From assembly GCA_036502565.1 (NCBI GenBank), contig DASXYJ010000092.1, positions 1-32,015 of the forward strand: a DNA stretch of 32,015 bases, in the 5' to 3' direction. Under the pieces are notes generated by a model. That model worked only from the letters and a program-made list of their open reading frames with translations. It did no database searches and had not been told where the DNA came from. The stretch is from Gammaproteobacteria bacterium. GTDB lineage: Bacteria > Pseudomonadota > Gammaproteobacteria > Natronospirales > REEB76. Each line of letters opens with the position of its first letter. The stretch's first letter is position 1. Positions 22,371 to 30,911 of the stretch are shown here, piece after piece. A program made the position numbers and the translations under genes.

Positions 22371-22494
22371 CCTCAAAGCTGCTGCGCTCGGCATAACTTC
22401 GTTGTGGTCCGGCTCGCGCTCCTCACGTACTGAAGAGTACGCTCCGGGCGCTCGCCTCCCACGCCTCGTTCTGCCTTCTCGCGACGCTTTGAGG
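22371..22494. other. Unassigned 124-bp intergenic element bounded by 9-bp inverted repeats
   Basis: CCTCAAAGC (22371-22379) pairs with GCTTTGAGG (22486-22494). A central perfect hairpin is CGTACT-gaag-AGTACG (22426-22441). It is flanked by two loosely similar ~35-nt half-units (GCGCTCGsC..TCGTT..CTCGCG at 22384-22418 and 22448-22483). Function unknown. Confidence 0.3.
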
Positions 22495-22524
22495 CCAGTC
22501 GTTCGAAGAGCAAGAAAAGAAAGC

Positions 22525-25500
22525 TCAGTGTTCGATCGTATAAAAGATATCGGCACTACTCGCAGTACCTGATTGAGCCTGCACCATCCACTGCGTGCTC
22601 AGCTTGTAGATGATCTGCAGCACGTTATAGGGCTGGTCGCTGGCCTGGCCGTAACGCAGGTACAGGTGCGGTGAGAGTTGCTTGCCCACGAACACGCCCG
22701 GCGCCACGCTGCCGTTGGAAGTCTGGATGCTCTGGTAGCTCACGTCGATGCCGCCCACGTTGAGCCCCAGGTCCTGGTTGCTTTGGGCGCTCACGCCCGA
22801 GAGGCTGCTCTGGGTGATCACCCCGGGGGTGTTGGCCACGGCGCTGCTGCCTTCCCCGAGGCTGGCGTTGCCGGTGACGAGGTAGCTCACCATCTGCGCC
22901 TGGGGCAAGGGCGGGTCCGCCCACAGCGTGATGCTGGGGGCGGTGAGCAGGCCGCGTACCAGCACGCCCACCTTCTGTTCCACCGTGCCGAACTTCACCA
23001 GCTCCGGATGGGAAGCCGCCCGCACCGCGCGCATGTCCAATGCGGGATCCGTGATCGGGCCGCCGGTGAACATGAGCTTGCCGTATTCGATGGAGAGCTT
23101 CTGGGAGATGGGCAGGTTGAGGGTGCTCTTCAGCAGGTTCACCTCGTAGGAGCCGTTCTGCACGTTGAGTTCGCCGCGGCCGGTGGTCGGGTGCCCGGGC
23201 TCGGTCTCCGCCAGCACCTCGCCGCCGATGTCGCCGGTGAGTCCGAAGCCCTCGAAATGCACGTCGTCACCCAGCGTCACCCGCAGCTTCGAATGCAGGT
23301 GCCAGGCTTCCTCCGGCGCCCCGCCTTCCTCACCCACGATCACCTGGTCGGGCGAGACCTGCAGCGTGCCGCTCAGGTTGCGCGGTTTCAGCACCGCATG
23401 CGGCACGTCCACCTTGCCGTCCACGTGGATGTCGCGGCCATCGAGCGCCACCTGGATGTCCGGCGAGAGGTCCACCTGGGCTTCCAGCAGGTCCAGGCTG
23501 CGGAAGTCCGCGCCTTGGAGCTGGGCCTTGGCGTGCCAGGTTTTCGCGCTGCGGTCGCCGCTGCCCTTGAAGCTCAGCAGGCCCTTGCCGGAATGCGCGC
23601 TGCCCGCGAGGTCGAGATGCCGGCCGTCGCCGGCCAGGGTGAACTGCAGGCCCGTGAGGTTCAGTCCCAGGCGCGGGATCGCGACCACGCCGTCGCTCAG
23701 GGTGGTGGTGCCCTCGAACAGCGGATCCGCCGGCGTGCCGGAGAGGCCGATGTCCAGATCCAGCCGGCCGCTGGCCTTGCTCACCTGCGGCACCAGCGCC
23801 GGCAGCAGCGCGAAGTCGTGCATGTCGCCGCGGATGCGGCCGCTGAGCGAGGGCTTGGCGCCGAAGCTCATGCGCGTGTCCACCTGCAGTGAGCCGCCGT
23901 CCGTGAGCGTCCAGCTCATCTTCCCCACGGTGAGCTTGGGGTCCGAGCGCATGTGCGCTTCGCCGCCGGTGTAGGCGAGCAGCGTGACCGGCTTGCCGCC
24001 GGCCAGGTCGCGCACCCGCCCCGGGGAGAGCGTCGCGTCCACGACGATGCGGTGGCCCTGGGCGCCGCCGTCCGCCTGCAGGGCGCCATCGACGCTGCCG
24101 GAGTATTCCAAGCCCTGCGGCAATACCGCCGAGAGCGCCGCCAGCGGCAGGTGCTGCAACTTGCCTTGCAGATGCCAAGCCGCCGCATCCGCAGCGAGGC
24201 CGGCGCAGGCCCGGCTCTGGTCCTGCACCAAGCAGGCCTGCTTCAGGTCCAGCACGTGCGGCGCGAGCGTCAGGGACCAGGAAGAGGGCGCGCGCCATTC
24301 GCCGCCGCCCTGTGGCGTCACCACCACCTTGCTGAGGTCCCCCTGCCAGTGTCCGGCGGCGTAGCTGCCGGTGCCGGCGAGGTGCAGGCCGCCGCGATCC
24401 GATTGCAGGGTCACGTCCAGGTGGTGCTGGTCCAGCTTGCCGTCCGCGTGGGCATCGAGATGCGGCACGTGCAGGCCCGGCACGGTCAGGTTCACACCCA
24501 GCAGGTCGGCCTTGCCCTCGCCATCGCTGCCGGCCTGCAAGGCGAAGTGCAGGCTGTCCGCAGCCCAGCGATGCCAGGCGAGCTGCTTGCCGTCGAGGGC
24601 GAAGTCCAGCAGCGTGGTATGGTTGCCGCTCTCCAGGGTGCCGTGGCTGTGCAGCTCGCCCGCGGCATCCGGCCAGGCCTGGGCCAGGGTCGGCGCATCC
24701 AGCCGCCAATGCAGCTTGTTGTTGCCCCGGGTGTCGGTGTCCACGTGCAGCGTATCCTCGCCGAGCTTCGCGTCCAGCGCCAGTTCCTGCCACTGCGCGC
24801 CGCTGAAGCTCACCTCGCCCTTGGCGTCCAGCGGGTTGCCGCGCAGGCTGCCGTGCAGGGTCTCCAGGATCACCTGGGTCTGGGGCGTGGCGTGGCGCGC
24901 GCCGCCGAAGCTGCCGTCCGCATCCACCACGCCGCTGAGCTTGCCGGGCCAGTCGCGGGACAGGCGGCCCGCGCCGGCATCCGTGATCACCGCATGGGCG
25001 CGCCAGGTATCCACGTCGCCGCGCAGGTAGCGGCCGTCCACGCTGAGGCTGCCGCCGAGCCAGTCGCCGGCCAGCGAGTCCAGCTGCGCGCCGGCGACAT
25101 CGCCATGGGCGGCGAGCTGCCAGTCGCCGCTCGGCAAGGCCCGCTCCATCCACTTCTTGGGAAACAGCGCTTCGCCCTTGAGGCCCTGCGCCGTGGCCTG
25201 CACGGTCCAGGAGTGCTTGGCATCCCGTGCCAGCTGCAGCTTGGCCTGTACCTTCGCGTCCGGCGCCAGGGCGCCGTCCAGATCCGCGCGCCAGAACTGC
25301 TTGTCGCCGTCGAGCTTGAAACGCCCTTCGGGCGAGCTGAACTTCGGCGCATCCACGGGCCAGGTCAAATCTTTCCAGGTGCCGGTGAAGGAGGAGCGGG
25401 TGCCGGTGTCGAAGCTCACGTCGCCGGCTGCCTGCACCTGGCCGCCGCCGGTCAGCGCCAGCAGCAGGCTGCGGAACTCCAGCTTGTGGGACAGCACGCT

Positions 25501-26424
25501 CGCGTCCAGCTTGGCCGCCACCGGTCCCACCGGCAGTCCGCGTAACGCGGCCTCGCCGCGGAACACGGTACCGGCCTGGTCGCCCTGGAACTTGAGCCGC
25601 GCATCGGCGCCGTAGTCGGGCAGACCCGGGCGGATGTCGCCCAGTTCCATGCGCGAGAGGCCGAGCTCACCCTGCCAGTGCGGTGCGGTGAAGGCATCCT
25701 TCAGGGTGCCATCCACGCTGGAACCATAGGGCGCGGCGAGGCGGTCGCGCACCGTGAGCAGCCGGTCGTCGCCCTTGAGTTCCGTGTGATCCTTGAGCGT
25801 CGCCCAGCCCGGTTGCTTCCAGGTCCAATCCAGCGCCGCGTCCACGGCCCAGTCGTGGTTGGGCGCGAGCGTCACGCGGCCCGCGGCACTCAGCACCGGA
25901 CCCGTGGCCTGCAGCTCCCGCACCACGATGCCGTCGTCGTCCACCCGCGCCGCGAAGCGCGCCGTATCGATCCGCACCGGCGGCAGGCTGCCGATGTCGA
26001 CGTCCAGGTCCTGCACCCGTACGTCCTCCAATATGAGCTTGAGGGGCAGCGGCGGCATGCCCGGCATCTGCATGGGGAAGGTCACCGGCTTGCCGCTGGA
26101 GCGCCACAGCACCTGCACGTGTTCCGCCTGCACTTCGCTCAGCTGTGCGCGGCCCAGGATCGAGGCCAGCGGCCGCCACTCCAGGCGCAGGGTATCCACG
26201 TGCACCCGCAGCGGCCCGGAGTCCCACTCCACGTCGCGCAGCAGCACCGGCCGCGCCAGGGAACCCTCGCTGGAACCGATCCGCAATGCGCCCTTGGTAC
26301 GCTGCTGGGCGAAGTCCAGCGCCCAATGCAGCGCGCCCTCGCTGCGCAGCCACAGCGCCAGGCCCGCCGCCGTCAGCACCAGCAGCGCGGCGAGGATGAG
26401 CAGTGAGCGGCGCAGCCACTTCAC
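22525..26424 (-). CDS. tamB: Translocation and assembly module inner-membrane subunit TamB (DUF490)
   Basis: 1299 aa with an N-terminal anchor (RRSLLILAALLVLTAAGLALWL), a long beta-rich body and a DUF490-like C-terminus. It lies immediately downstream of tamA. Its GTG start overlaps the tamA stop (GTGA at 26421-26424). Confidence 0.9.
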   Translation of the reverse strand: MKWLRRSLLILAALLVLTAAGLALWLRSEGALHWALDFAQQRTKGALRIGSSEGSLARPVLLRDVEWDSGPLRVHVDTLRLEWRPLASILGRAQLSEVQAEHVQVLWRSSGKPVTFPMQMPGMPPLPLKLILEDVRVQDLDVDIGSLPPVRIDTARFAARVDDDGIVVRELQATGPVLSAAGRVTLAPNHDWAVDAALDWTWKQPGWATLKDHTELKGDDRLLTVRDRLAAPYGSSVDGTLKDAFTAPHWQGELGLSRMELGDIRPGLPDYGADARLKFQGDQAGTVFRGEAALRGLPVGPVAAKLDASVLSHKLEFRSLLLALTGGGQVQAAGDVSFDTGTRSSFTGTWKDLTWPVDAPKFSSPEGRFKLDGDKQFWRADLDGALAPDAKVQAKLQLARDAKHSWTVQATAQGLKGEALFPKKWMERALPSGDWQLAAHGDVAGAQLDSLAGDWLGGSLSVDGRYLRGDVDTWRAHAVITDAGAGRLSRDWPGKLSGVVDADGSFGGARHATPQTQVILETLHGSLRGNPLDAKGEVSFSGAQWQELALDAKLGEDTLHVDTDTRGNNKLHWRLDAPTLAQAWPDAAGELHSHGTLESGNHTTLLDFALDGKQLAWHRWAADSLHFALQAGSDGEGKADLLGVNLTVPGLHVPHLDAHADGKLDQHHLDVTLQSDRGGLHLAGTGSYAAGHWQGDLSKVVVTPQGGGEWRAPSSWSLTLAPHVLDLKQACLVQDQSRACAGLAADAAAWHLQGKLQHLPLAALSAVLPQGLEYSGSVDGALQADGGAQGHRIVVDATLSPGRVRDLAGGKPVTLLAYTGGEAHMRSDPKLTVGKMSWTLTDGGSLQVDTRMSFGAKPSLSGRIRGDMHDFALLPALVPQVSKASGRLDLDIGLSGTPADPLFEGTTTLSDGVVAIPRLGLNLTGLQFTLAGDGRHLDLAGSAHSGKGLLSFKGSGDRSAKTWHAKAQLQGADFRSLDLLEAQVDLSPDIQVALDGRDIHVDGKVDVPHAVLKPRNLSGTLQVSPDQVIVGEEGGAPEEAWHLHSKLRVTLGDDVHFEGFGLTGDIGGEVLAETEPGHPTTGRGELNVQNGSYEVNLLKSTLNLPISQKLSIEYGKLMFTGGPITDPALDMRAVRAASHPELVKFGTVEQKVGVLVRGLLTAPSITLWADPPLPQAQMVSYLVTGNASLGEGSSAVANTPGVITQSSLSGVSAQSNQDLGLNVGGIDVSYQSIQTSNGSVAPGVFVGKQLSPHLYLRYGQASDQPYNVLQIIYKLSTQWMVQAQSGTASSADIFYTIEH

Positions 26425-28187
26425 AGGTCGGGTCCCAGGCTGATGTGCAGCCGTACCCGGTCCAGGTCCGGGCGCTTCACGGGATGCGCGACGTCCACCC
26501 GGATCATGCCCACCGGCGTGCGCCAGCGCAGGCCGGCGCCGACGCCCTTCTCCAGCGAGGTGGTGAAGCTGTTGTTCGCGTCGCCGGCATCGACGAAGGC
26601 ATCGATGCCGAAGATCTTGCCGAAGAAGTGGTCTATCTCCACGCTGCCGACCGTGAGGTCCTTGCCGCCCACGTTGTTGCCGTTCACCCGCACGCCCAGG
26701 GTGTTATAGGCGAAGCCGCGCACGCTCTGGTCGCCGCCGGCGAAGAAGTGCTGGGTGGTGGGCAGCTCATTGAAGCTCTTCACCGCGCTCGCGCCCAGCT
26801 CGCCGCGCAGCAAGAGGCTGGTGTCGCCCCCCAGCGGCAGGATCAGCTTGGCCGTCACGTGCGCCTGCAGGAAGGTGGTGTCCGAGAGCAGCACGTTGCT
26901 GGCGCCGTGCAGGTCGCCGGAGATCCGGTAACCCTCGGTGGGCAGCACCAGGTCATCCGACACCAGGCGCGAGATGGCGAAGCCCGGCATCAGCAGGGTG
27001 CTGTTGACGGTGCTGGCCGGTATCGCGGGCGCGCTGGTGGTCGCCGGCACGGCCGGGATCTCGTCGCGCTCGTGGGAGAACAGCAGGTACTGGTTGTTGT
27101 TCCAGACGCCGCGCGCGGTGGAGCGGCTCACCCCGAGTTGGGTGGTGTAGGCGATCTCGCTGCCGTCGATGAGGCGCGCGTTGCCGGCGCTGTAGATGAG
27201 CTTGTCGTTGGCCGGATCCCCCAGCGGCACCGTGTAGGCCAGCAGCACCGTGTCGATGACGCGCGAGACCTGGGTCTGGGCCGAGAAGCTGTGGCCGGTG
27301 TCGGTGACGCGGTGATCCGCCCATCCCAGGGTGGCGCGTGGGCCGGTATCGGTGCCGTAGCCCAGACCGAAGGTCCAGGCGTTGGGCGGGCGCGGGGTGA
27401 GCGTGATCTTGATGGGGATGCGCCGGTCGGGCGTCGCCTGGCGGCGTTGCGCCTCCACGTTCACGGAGCCGAAGTAGCCGGCATCGTTGAGCGCGTACTG
27501 CAGCTTCAGCAGCGCCGCGTCGTCGAAGGGATCGCCGGGCTGGAACTTCACGTAGCGTTGCAGGAAGGCCGGGTCCAGGATGTCCTGCACGAAGGTGACC
27601 CGGCCGAAGTAGAAGCGTGCCCCGGTGTCGAACTTCAAGGTCACGTCCGCCCAGTGTTCCTGCGGGTTCACCGCCAGCCGGGTCTCGCTGAAGCGCGCCT
27701 CGACGTAGCCGCGCTGCGCCGCCAGTTCCTGTAACTGGCGCTTGCTGCTCTCGTAGGCCTTCTGGTTGAGCTGGTCGCCGGGCCGGTAGGGCAGCCGCGC
27801 GATGTAGTTCTCGTAGGCCGCGTCCTGGTCGCCCTCGCCGGAGATGACGATGTCCACGTGGCGGATGCGCACCGGCGGCGGCAGGGTGATGTGGTAATGG
27901 GCGATCCAGCCGTCACCGGAGGGCGCCAGTGTCGCGTCCACCTGGCTGTCGTAGTACCCGAAGGGCTGCAGCGCGCGCTGGATCTCATCCGGCGCCCGGG
28001 CCTGCAGGCGTTCCACCAGGCTCTCGGAGAGGTCCGGCGAGTCGGCGTAGGTGACGATGCTGAGCTGGGACAGCACGTTCTGCAGCAGCGGGCCGCTCAC
28101 GCCGTCCACCTGCACCGTGACGCGGGGCGCGGCTGTCGCGGTGCCCGCCAGCAAGGCCAGCAGCAGGAACAGCGCTACGCGACGCAT
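26421..28187 (-). CDS. tamA: Translocation and assembly module outer-membrane subunit TamA (Omp85/BamA family)
   Basis: It has a signal peptide, POTRA-like N-terminal repeats and an Omp85 barrel C-terminus (GGDQSVRGFAY ... GAGLRWRTPVGMIRVDVAHP). It is paired with tamB. Confidence 0.9.
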   Translation of the reverse strand: MRRVALFLLLALLAGTATAAPRVTVQVDGVSGPLLQNVLSQLSIVTYADSPDLSESLVERLQARAPDEIQRALQPFGYYDSQVDATLAPSGDGWIAHYHITLPPPVRIRHVDIVISGEGDQDAAYENYIARLPYRPGDQLNQKAYESSKRQLQELAAQRGYVEARFSETRLAVNPQEHWADVTLKFDTGARFYFGRVTFVQDILDPAFLQRYVKFQPGDPFDDAALLKLQYALNDAGYFGSVNVEAQRRQATPDRRIPIKITLTPRPPNAWTFGLGYGTDTGPRATLGWADHRVTDTGHSFSAQTQVSRVIDTVLLAYTVPLGDPANDKLIYSAGNARLIDGSEIAYTTQLGVSRSTARGVWNNNQYLLFSHERDEIPAVPATTSAPAIPASTVNSTLLMPGFAISRLVSDDLVLPTEGYRISGDLHGASNVLLSDTTFLQAHVTAKLILPLGGDTSLLLRGELGASAVKSFNELPTTQHFFAGGDQSVRGFAYNTLGVRVNGNNVGGKDLTVGSVEIDHFFGKIFGIDAFVDAGDANNSFTTSLEKGVGAGLRWRTPVGMIRVDVAHPVKRPDLDRVRLHISLGPDL

Positions 28188-30088
28188 CAGGGGCGCGCCC
28201 CCAGGTCCAGGGGCGGGACGGTATCGGCCGGCGTGAAGCCGAACACCTGCGCATAGAAGGCCAGCTCTGCTTCCAGCACCGCCTTCAGCGTGTCAGCACG
28301 GCGGAAGCCGTGGCCTTCCTCCGGGAAGCTGAGGCAGGCGGCGGGCACCTGGTTGGCGCGCAGCGCCGCGAGCATGCGTGAGGTCTGGTCCGGTAACACC
28401 ACGCTGTCCTTCAGTCCCTGGAAAAACAGCACCGGCGCCTGGATCCTGGCCGCCGCGTACAGCGGCGAGCGAGCCCGGTACAGGTCGCGTGCCGCGGGCC
28501 AGGGGCCCAGCAGCGTGTCGCCGTAGCGCGCCTCGAAGCGATGCGTGTCGGTCATGGCGGTCTCGAGTTCGCTGATGCCGTACTGCACGGCGCAGGCGTG
28601 GAACACCTGCCGGAACGCCACCGCCGCCAGCGCGGTATAGCCGCCGGCGCTGGAGCCGCTCACCGCCACGCGCCGCCAGTCCGCGAGGCCGAGTGAAGCC
28701 AGGTGCGCCACTAGCCGCACACTGTCCTCCACGTCCTTCACGCCCCACGCGCCATCGAGGCTGCGCCGATAGGCGCGGCCGAAGCCGGTGCTGCCGCGGT
28801 AGTTGAGGTCGGCGAAGGCGAAGCCGCGGCTGGTCCAGAACTGCACCCGCGCCTCCAACACCGCGCCGTTCATGGAAGTGGGGCCGCCGTGACAGCGCAC
28901 GATCAGCGGCGGCGATTCGCCTGTCGGCACCACGCAGCCGCCGTGTTGCGGCGGGTAATACCAGGCATAGGCCTCCTCGCCGTCGGAGGTGGAGAAGCGC
29001 ACCGCCTGGGGACGGCTCAAGTTTTCCGCCGGCCAATGGAAACCTGCATCGCTCAAGGGTACGGGCGCGTCGGGGGCGCCGGCCACGATGGCCGGTGCTG
29101 CCTCCGGGGAACCGGCCACCATCGCGATCATTCCGTCCGCCGCGTCCAGATGTTCGATATGGGTATAACGCGCGGCCAAGGGGGTGCGCCGACCGGAAGC
29201 GGCGTCGATGTGGGTGACCCGGCTCGCGCCCGCTTCGGTGCGCGCCGCCAGGATGTCGCCGTCCGGCAGGAAACCATAGGCCGACATGCCGAACACCCAC
29301 TGGGCGTAGCCGTAGTCCGCCGGGTCCGCCGCCACCTCGTGGGCATCGCCGCCGGCATAGCGGTACAGGTTCCAGTAGCCGGTACGGTCCGAGACGAAGT
29401 GCAGCACGTCTTGCGGCGACCAGCGCGGCTGGAAGATGGACTCCTGGCGGTTGCCGGCGATGCTGCGCGGCGCATGCAGCGCGCCGTCGTCGCCGATCTC
29501 CGCCAGCCACAGCTCGCAGCCGTCCCAGGGCATCTGCGACGGGTCCCAGCTCAGCCAGGCCAGTGCGCTGCCATCGGGCGAGAGCGCGGGTGAACTATAG
29601 AAGGCGGAACCTTCCGCGAGCGTGGTGACGGCGCCATCGGCGAGCGAGACGGCCACCAGCAGGTCGCAGGGTTCGTCGCCCATGCGCTCGCACACCGCCA
29701 CGAGTCTTTGCCGCTTCGCGTCCAGTCTCAGGTCGGCGTAGCGCTGTTCACCCGGCGTGGTCAGCCGCCGTGGCGCGCCGCCGTCCAACCTATATATGCA
29801 TTGATCCGCGTCGTTGCAGAAGAACGCGCCCAGGTCCGACACCGTGTAGGCGCCGCCGCCGTACTCGTGGGCACGGGTGCGCACGCTGAAGGGACGCGGC
29901 GTCAGGTCCTCGCGTGCCCCGTCCCGCTGGCGCACCAGCACCACGCGGCCGCCTTCCTCGGGCCGGCCCTCCAGCCAATACACCGCGCCGCCATGGACGC
30001 AGGGTTGCAGCAAGCGTCTCTGGGATCCCGCCGCCGACGCCACGCTCAAGGGCGAGGGCCAGCTGCCGCAGGGAAGTGGCGTCTTCAT
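28187..30088 (-). CDS. S9-family serine peptidase (prolyl oligopeptidase / acylaminoacyl-peptidase-like), no signal peptide
   Basis: The N-terminal propeller region is followed by an alpha/beta-hydrolase domain with the nucleophile elbow GSSAGGY and a C-terminal FPEEGHGF. Its stop overlaps the tamA start by 1 nt (TGATG at 28185-28189). Confidence 0.88.
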   Translation of the reverse strand: MKTPLPCGSWPSPLSVASAAGSQRRLLQPCVHGGAVYWLEGRPEEGGRVVLVRQRDGAREDLTPRPFSVRTRAHEYGGGAYTVSDLGAFFCNDADQCIYRLDGGAPRRLTTPGEQRYADLRLDAKRQRLVAVCERMGDEPCDLLVAVSLADGAVTTLAEGSAFYSSPALSPDGSALAWLSWDPSQMPWDGCELWLAEIGDDGALHAPRSIAGNRQESIFQPRWSPQDVLHFVSDRTGYWNLYRYAGGDAHEVAADPADYGYAQWVFGMSAYGFLPDGDILAARTEAGASRVTHIDAASGRRTPLAARYTHIEHLDAADGMIAMVAGSPEAAPAIVAGAPDAPVPLSDAGFHWPAENLSRPQAVRFSTSDGEEAYAWYYPPQHGGCVVPTGESPPLIVRCHGGPTSMNGAVLEARVQFWTSRGFAFADLNYRGSTGFGRAYRRSLDGAWGVKDVEDSVRLVAHLASLGLADWRRVAVSGSSAGGYTALAAVAFRQVFHACAVQYGISELETAMTDTHRFEARYGDTLLGPWPAARDLYRARSPLYAAARIQAPVLFFQGLKDSVVLPDQTSRMLAALRANQVPAACLSFPEEGHGFRRADTLKAVLEAELAFYAQVFGFTPADTVPPLDLGARP

Positions 30089-30849
30089 CCGTCTCCCATC
30101 TGGAACTGCCGGGTCTCGATCTCGGCGCCCGCCGCGTCGAAGCGCCGTTCCGCGAAGCGCATGCCGCCGCGCGCATCCAGGAACACCAGCGTGGAACAGC
30201 GGGTGCCGTACACCGGATCCTGCACGAAGGCCGAGGAGATGCGCCGCTCCAGGTCCGCGCCGATGCCGGTATCGGGCAGGCCGGTGTCGGCGGGGCTGCG
30301 GTCCGCGAGCATCCGGAACAGCGCGTCGCCGGTCACCGCGCCGGTATCCAGCAACAGCTGCAGGCGCGACTTGGCGGCCCGCACCTTGGGCCAGGGCGTG
30401 TCGAGCAGATGGTTGCTCAAGGCATGCACCCCGGGCGCGATCGGCGCCGGTGCCGCGCCGCCGCGGTTGGCGAAGTACCAGAGCGAGTCGCGATCACCCA
30501 CCACCAGGCTGAAGCCGGCATATTCACCGGCATGGGCTTGCAGCTGCTTCAGGTAGGCTTCCGGCGTGATGCGGCTCTTGAGGAAATCCGCCGTGAGCGC
30601 GCCGCGGGAGCGGGGTGCCTTGGCCGGGTGCAGTCCCTCTCTATACTACGTCACCACCGCGTAGCGTCCCGCGCGGGTCAGCCCCAGCCAGGTGCCGCCG
30701 GCTTCCAGGTCGCGCCCCGCCAGCACTTCCGGCGCGTCTTCCCAGAATGCTGCCGCAGCGGATGCGCGCGCGTGCCGCTCGTCGCGGTTGCCGGCGAGTA
30801 TCAGGGTGAAGTCGGGTTGGGCCTTCCAGGCCAGTGCGAGCAGGCACAT
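30085..30849 (-). pseudogene. NRDE-family (TANGO2/DUF833-like) gene interrupted by a single in-frame TAG (codon 68)
   Basis: ORFs 30646..30849 (MCLLALAW...LILAGNRDERHAR...) and 30085..30504 are in the same frame (345 nt apart). Reading straight through gives ...RYAVVT*YREGLHPAKAPRSRGALTADFLKS...YAGFSLVVGDRDSLWYFANRG..., a normal-length 254-aa NRDE protein with one amber codon at 30646-30648. Confidence 0.8.
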
Positions 30850-30877
30850 GCCCGCATTATATAGAGGGCCCTATGTG

Positions 30878-30897
30878 CGCCCCGGTTTAACGGGGCG
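30878..30897 (-). terminator. Hairpin downstream of the EamA gene (terminator-like, no U-run)
   Basis: Stem CGCCCCG / CGGGGCG with a 6-nt loop, 14 nt after the EamA stop. Confidence 0.35.
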
Positions 30898-30911
30898 GCG
30901 ACCGGCCTGAT

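Noticed and set aside
22320-22572. A pair of 78-aa ORFs on opposite strands spanning the esterase-tamB spacer.
   Set aside because: They are near-mirror ORFs produced by a symmetric non-coding element. Both run into the ends of real genes and lack ribosome-binding sites.
584-29510. Many long ORFs in the track overlap the called genes on the opposite strand or in other frames. Examples are 584..1594, 1923..3032, 3026..3778, 4792..5862, 8331..9329, 10894..12312, 14209..15447, 16641..17633, 17890..19152, 23330..25153, 23953..25545 and 28293..29510.
   Set aside because: Their translations are Arg/Ala/Gly/Pro/His-rich low-complexity strings with no motifs, as expected for stop-poor alternative frames in high-G+C DNA. 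Each is fully covered by an ORF with clear family signatures and G+C-rich third codon positions.
30634-30871. An invertible promoter/5'-segment switch (inverton) for the NRDE gene, suggested by the flanking inverted repeat.
   Set aside because: The repeat is only 13 nt with two mismatches, there is no recombinase or invertase gene in the window, and inversion would not repair the amber codon. It is kept only as a low-interest note within another finding.
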